Shown here: in pieces, positions 63,472 to 64,000 of the stretch
Position numbering within the stretch: position 1 is the first letter of the stretch
Layout: each line of letters opens with the position of its first letter
Source: Candidatus Omnitrophota bacterium
Lineage (GTDB): Bacteria > Omnitrophota > Gorgyraeia > Zapsychrales > JAHFFX01
Direction of reading: 5' to 3'
Assembly (NCBI GenBank): GCA_023247725.1
Contig: JAHFFW010000011.1
Location: forward strand, 5,089-69,088
DNA: 64,000 nt
The notes under the pieces: generated by a model
What the model was told of the DNA's origin: nothing
Database searches by the model: none
The model's input: the letters and a program-made list of their open reading frames with translations, nothing else
Program-made: the position numbers and the translations under genes

Positions 63472-64000
63472 AAAATTTCCTCCACGCACTGTTGAATAAT
63501 TTTTTCATCGATGGTAAAAGTCTCTGCCGCATAACCGGCCAAAAGCGCCCGGTCGCAAATGACATTAATAAGGCGAGGAGTTCCTCCGGAATGAGCAAAG
63601 ATTGCCTCCAAGGCCGGCGAGGTAAAATTCAATTGGCCGTTGGCCCCGGCCACTTTCAAACGATGCAAGATGTAGTCTTTGGTTTCGTTTCGTTCCAGGG
63701 GAAGCATATGAAATCGGACGGCGATGCGCTGATTGAGTTGGCGCAAAGAAGGCAGCTTTAATTTTTCCATCAATTCCGGCTGTCCGACGAGGATAATTTG
63801 TAAGAGTTTTTGCTTTTCAGTTTCTAGATTGGATAATAAACGGACCTGTTCGAGTTGAGTGGGCTTAAGATTTTGTGCCTCATCAATGATGAGCGCCACA
63901 TTGTGGCCTCGAGCCGATTCCTTGATGAGGAATTCATTCAAGGTGGAGATCAGATTGAATTTGCTCTGTTCTTTAAAAACGATTCCTAAATCCTTGATGA
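63468..64000 (-). CDS. ExeA/GspA-family AAA ATPase, 5' end outside the window
   Basis: IIDEAQNL, LSNLET, LVGQPEL, GTPRLIN..CD. Confidence 0.9.
   Translation of the reverse strand, partial: IKDLGIVFKEQSKFNLISTLNEFLIKESARGHNVALIIDEAQNLKPTQLEQVRLLSNLETEKQKLLQIILVGQPELMEKLKLPSLRQLNQRIAVRFHMLPLERNETKDYILHRLKVAGANGQLNFTSPALEAIFAHSGGTPRLINVICDRALLAGYAAETFTIDEKIIQQCVEEIL

Overview
Bacterial chromosomal core region, almost entirely + strand. A PVC-type small basic signature protein, diderm envelope genes, PilT and ExeA/ExeB, and the absence of rpmD suggest a PVC-superphylum organism such as Omnitrophota (inference, not searched). Layout: 1-1.6 kb AT-richer lipoprotein and porin; rpsA and tyrS; a ~1 kb islet with a hicB-hicA pair and degenerate repeats; tRNA-Thr, rpmG, tRNA-Trp; a continuous ~30 kb secE-nusG-rplKAJL-rpoBC-str-S10-spc-alpha cluster; then mixed housekeeping operons (aminotransferase, pilT, IDH, lipB/glycolipid genes, aroQ-efp-accBC-asp23-amaP, pfk, heptose and thiamine genes, tRNA-Gly, nucleotide hydrolases, aroB) and a convergent, partial exeA-exeB pair. 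Most unusual signals: (1) an AT-rich stand-alone NusG C-terminal KOW gene between nusG and rplK with an altered Rho/S10-contact loop; (2) a 99-bp in-frame multi-hairpin element splitting a signal peptide, plus a second palindromic insert in an SH3 protein; (3) an inverted heptamer-repeat hairpin inside the S10 operon; (4) repeats resembling the tRNA-Thr 5' junction; (5) a phosphofructokinase with several active-site substitutions. All calls are from motif recognition by eye; no searches or folding were run.
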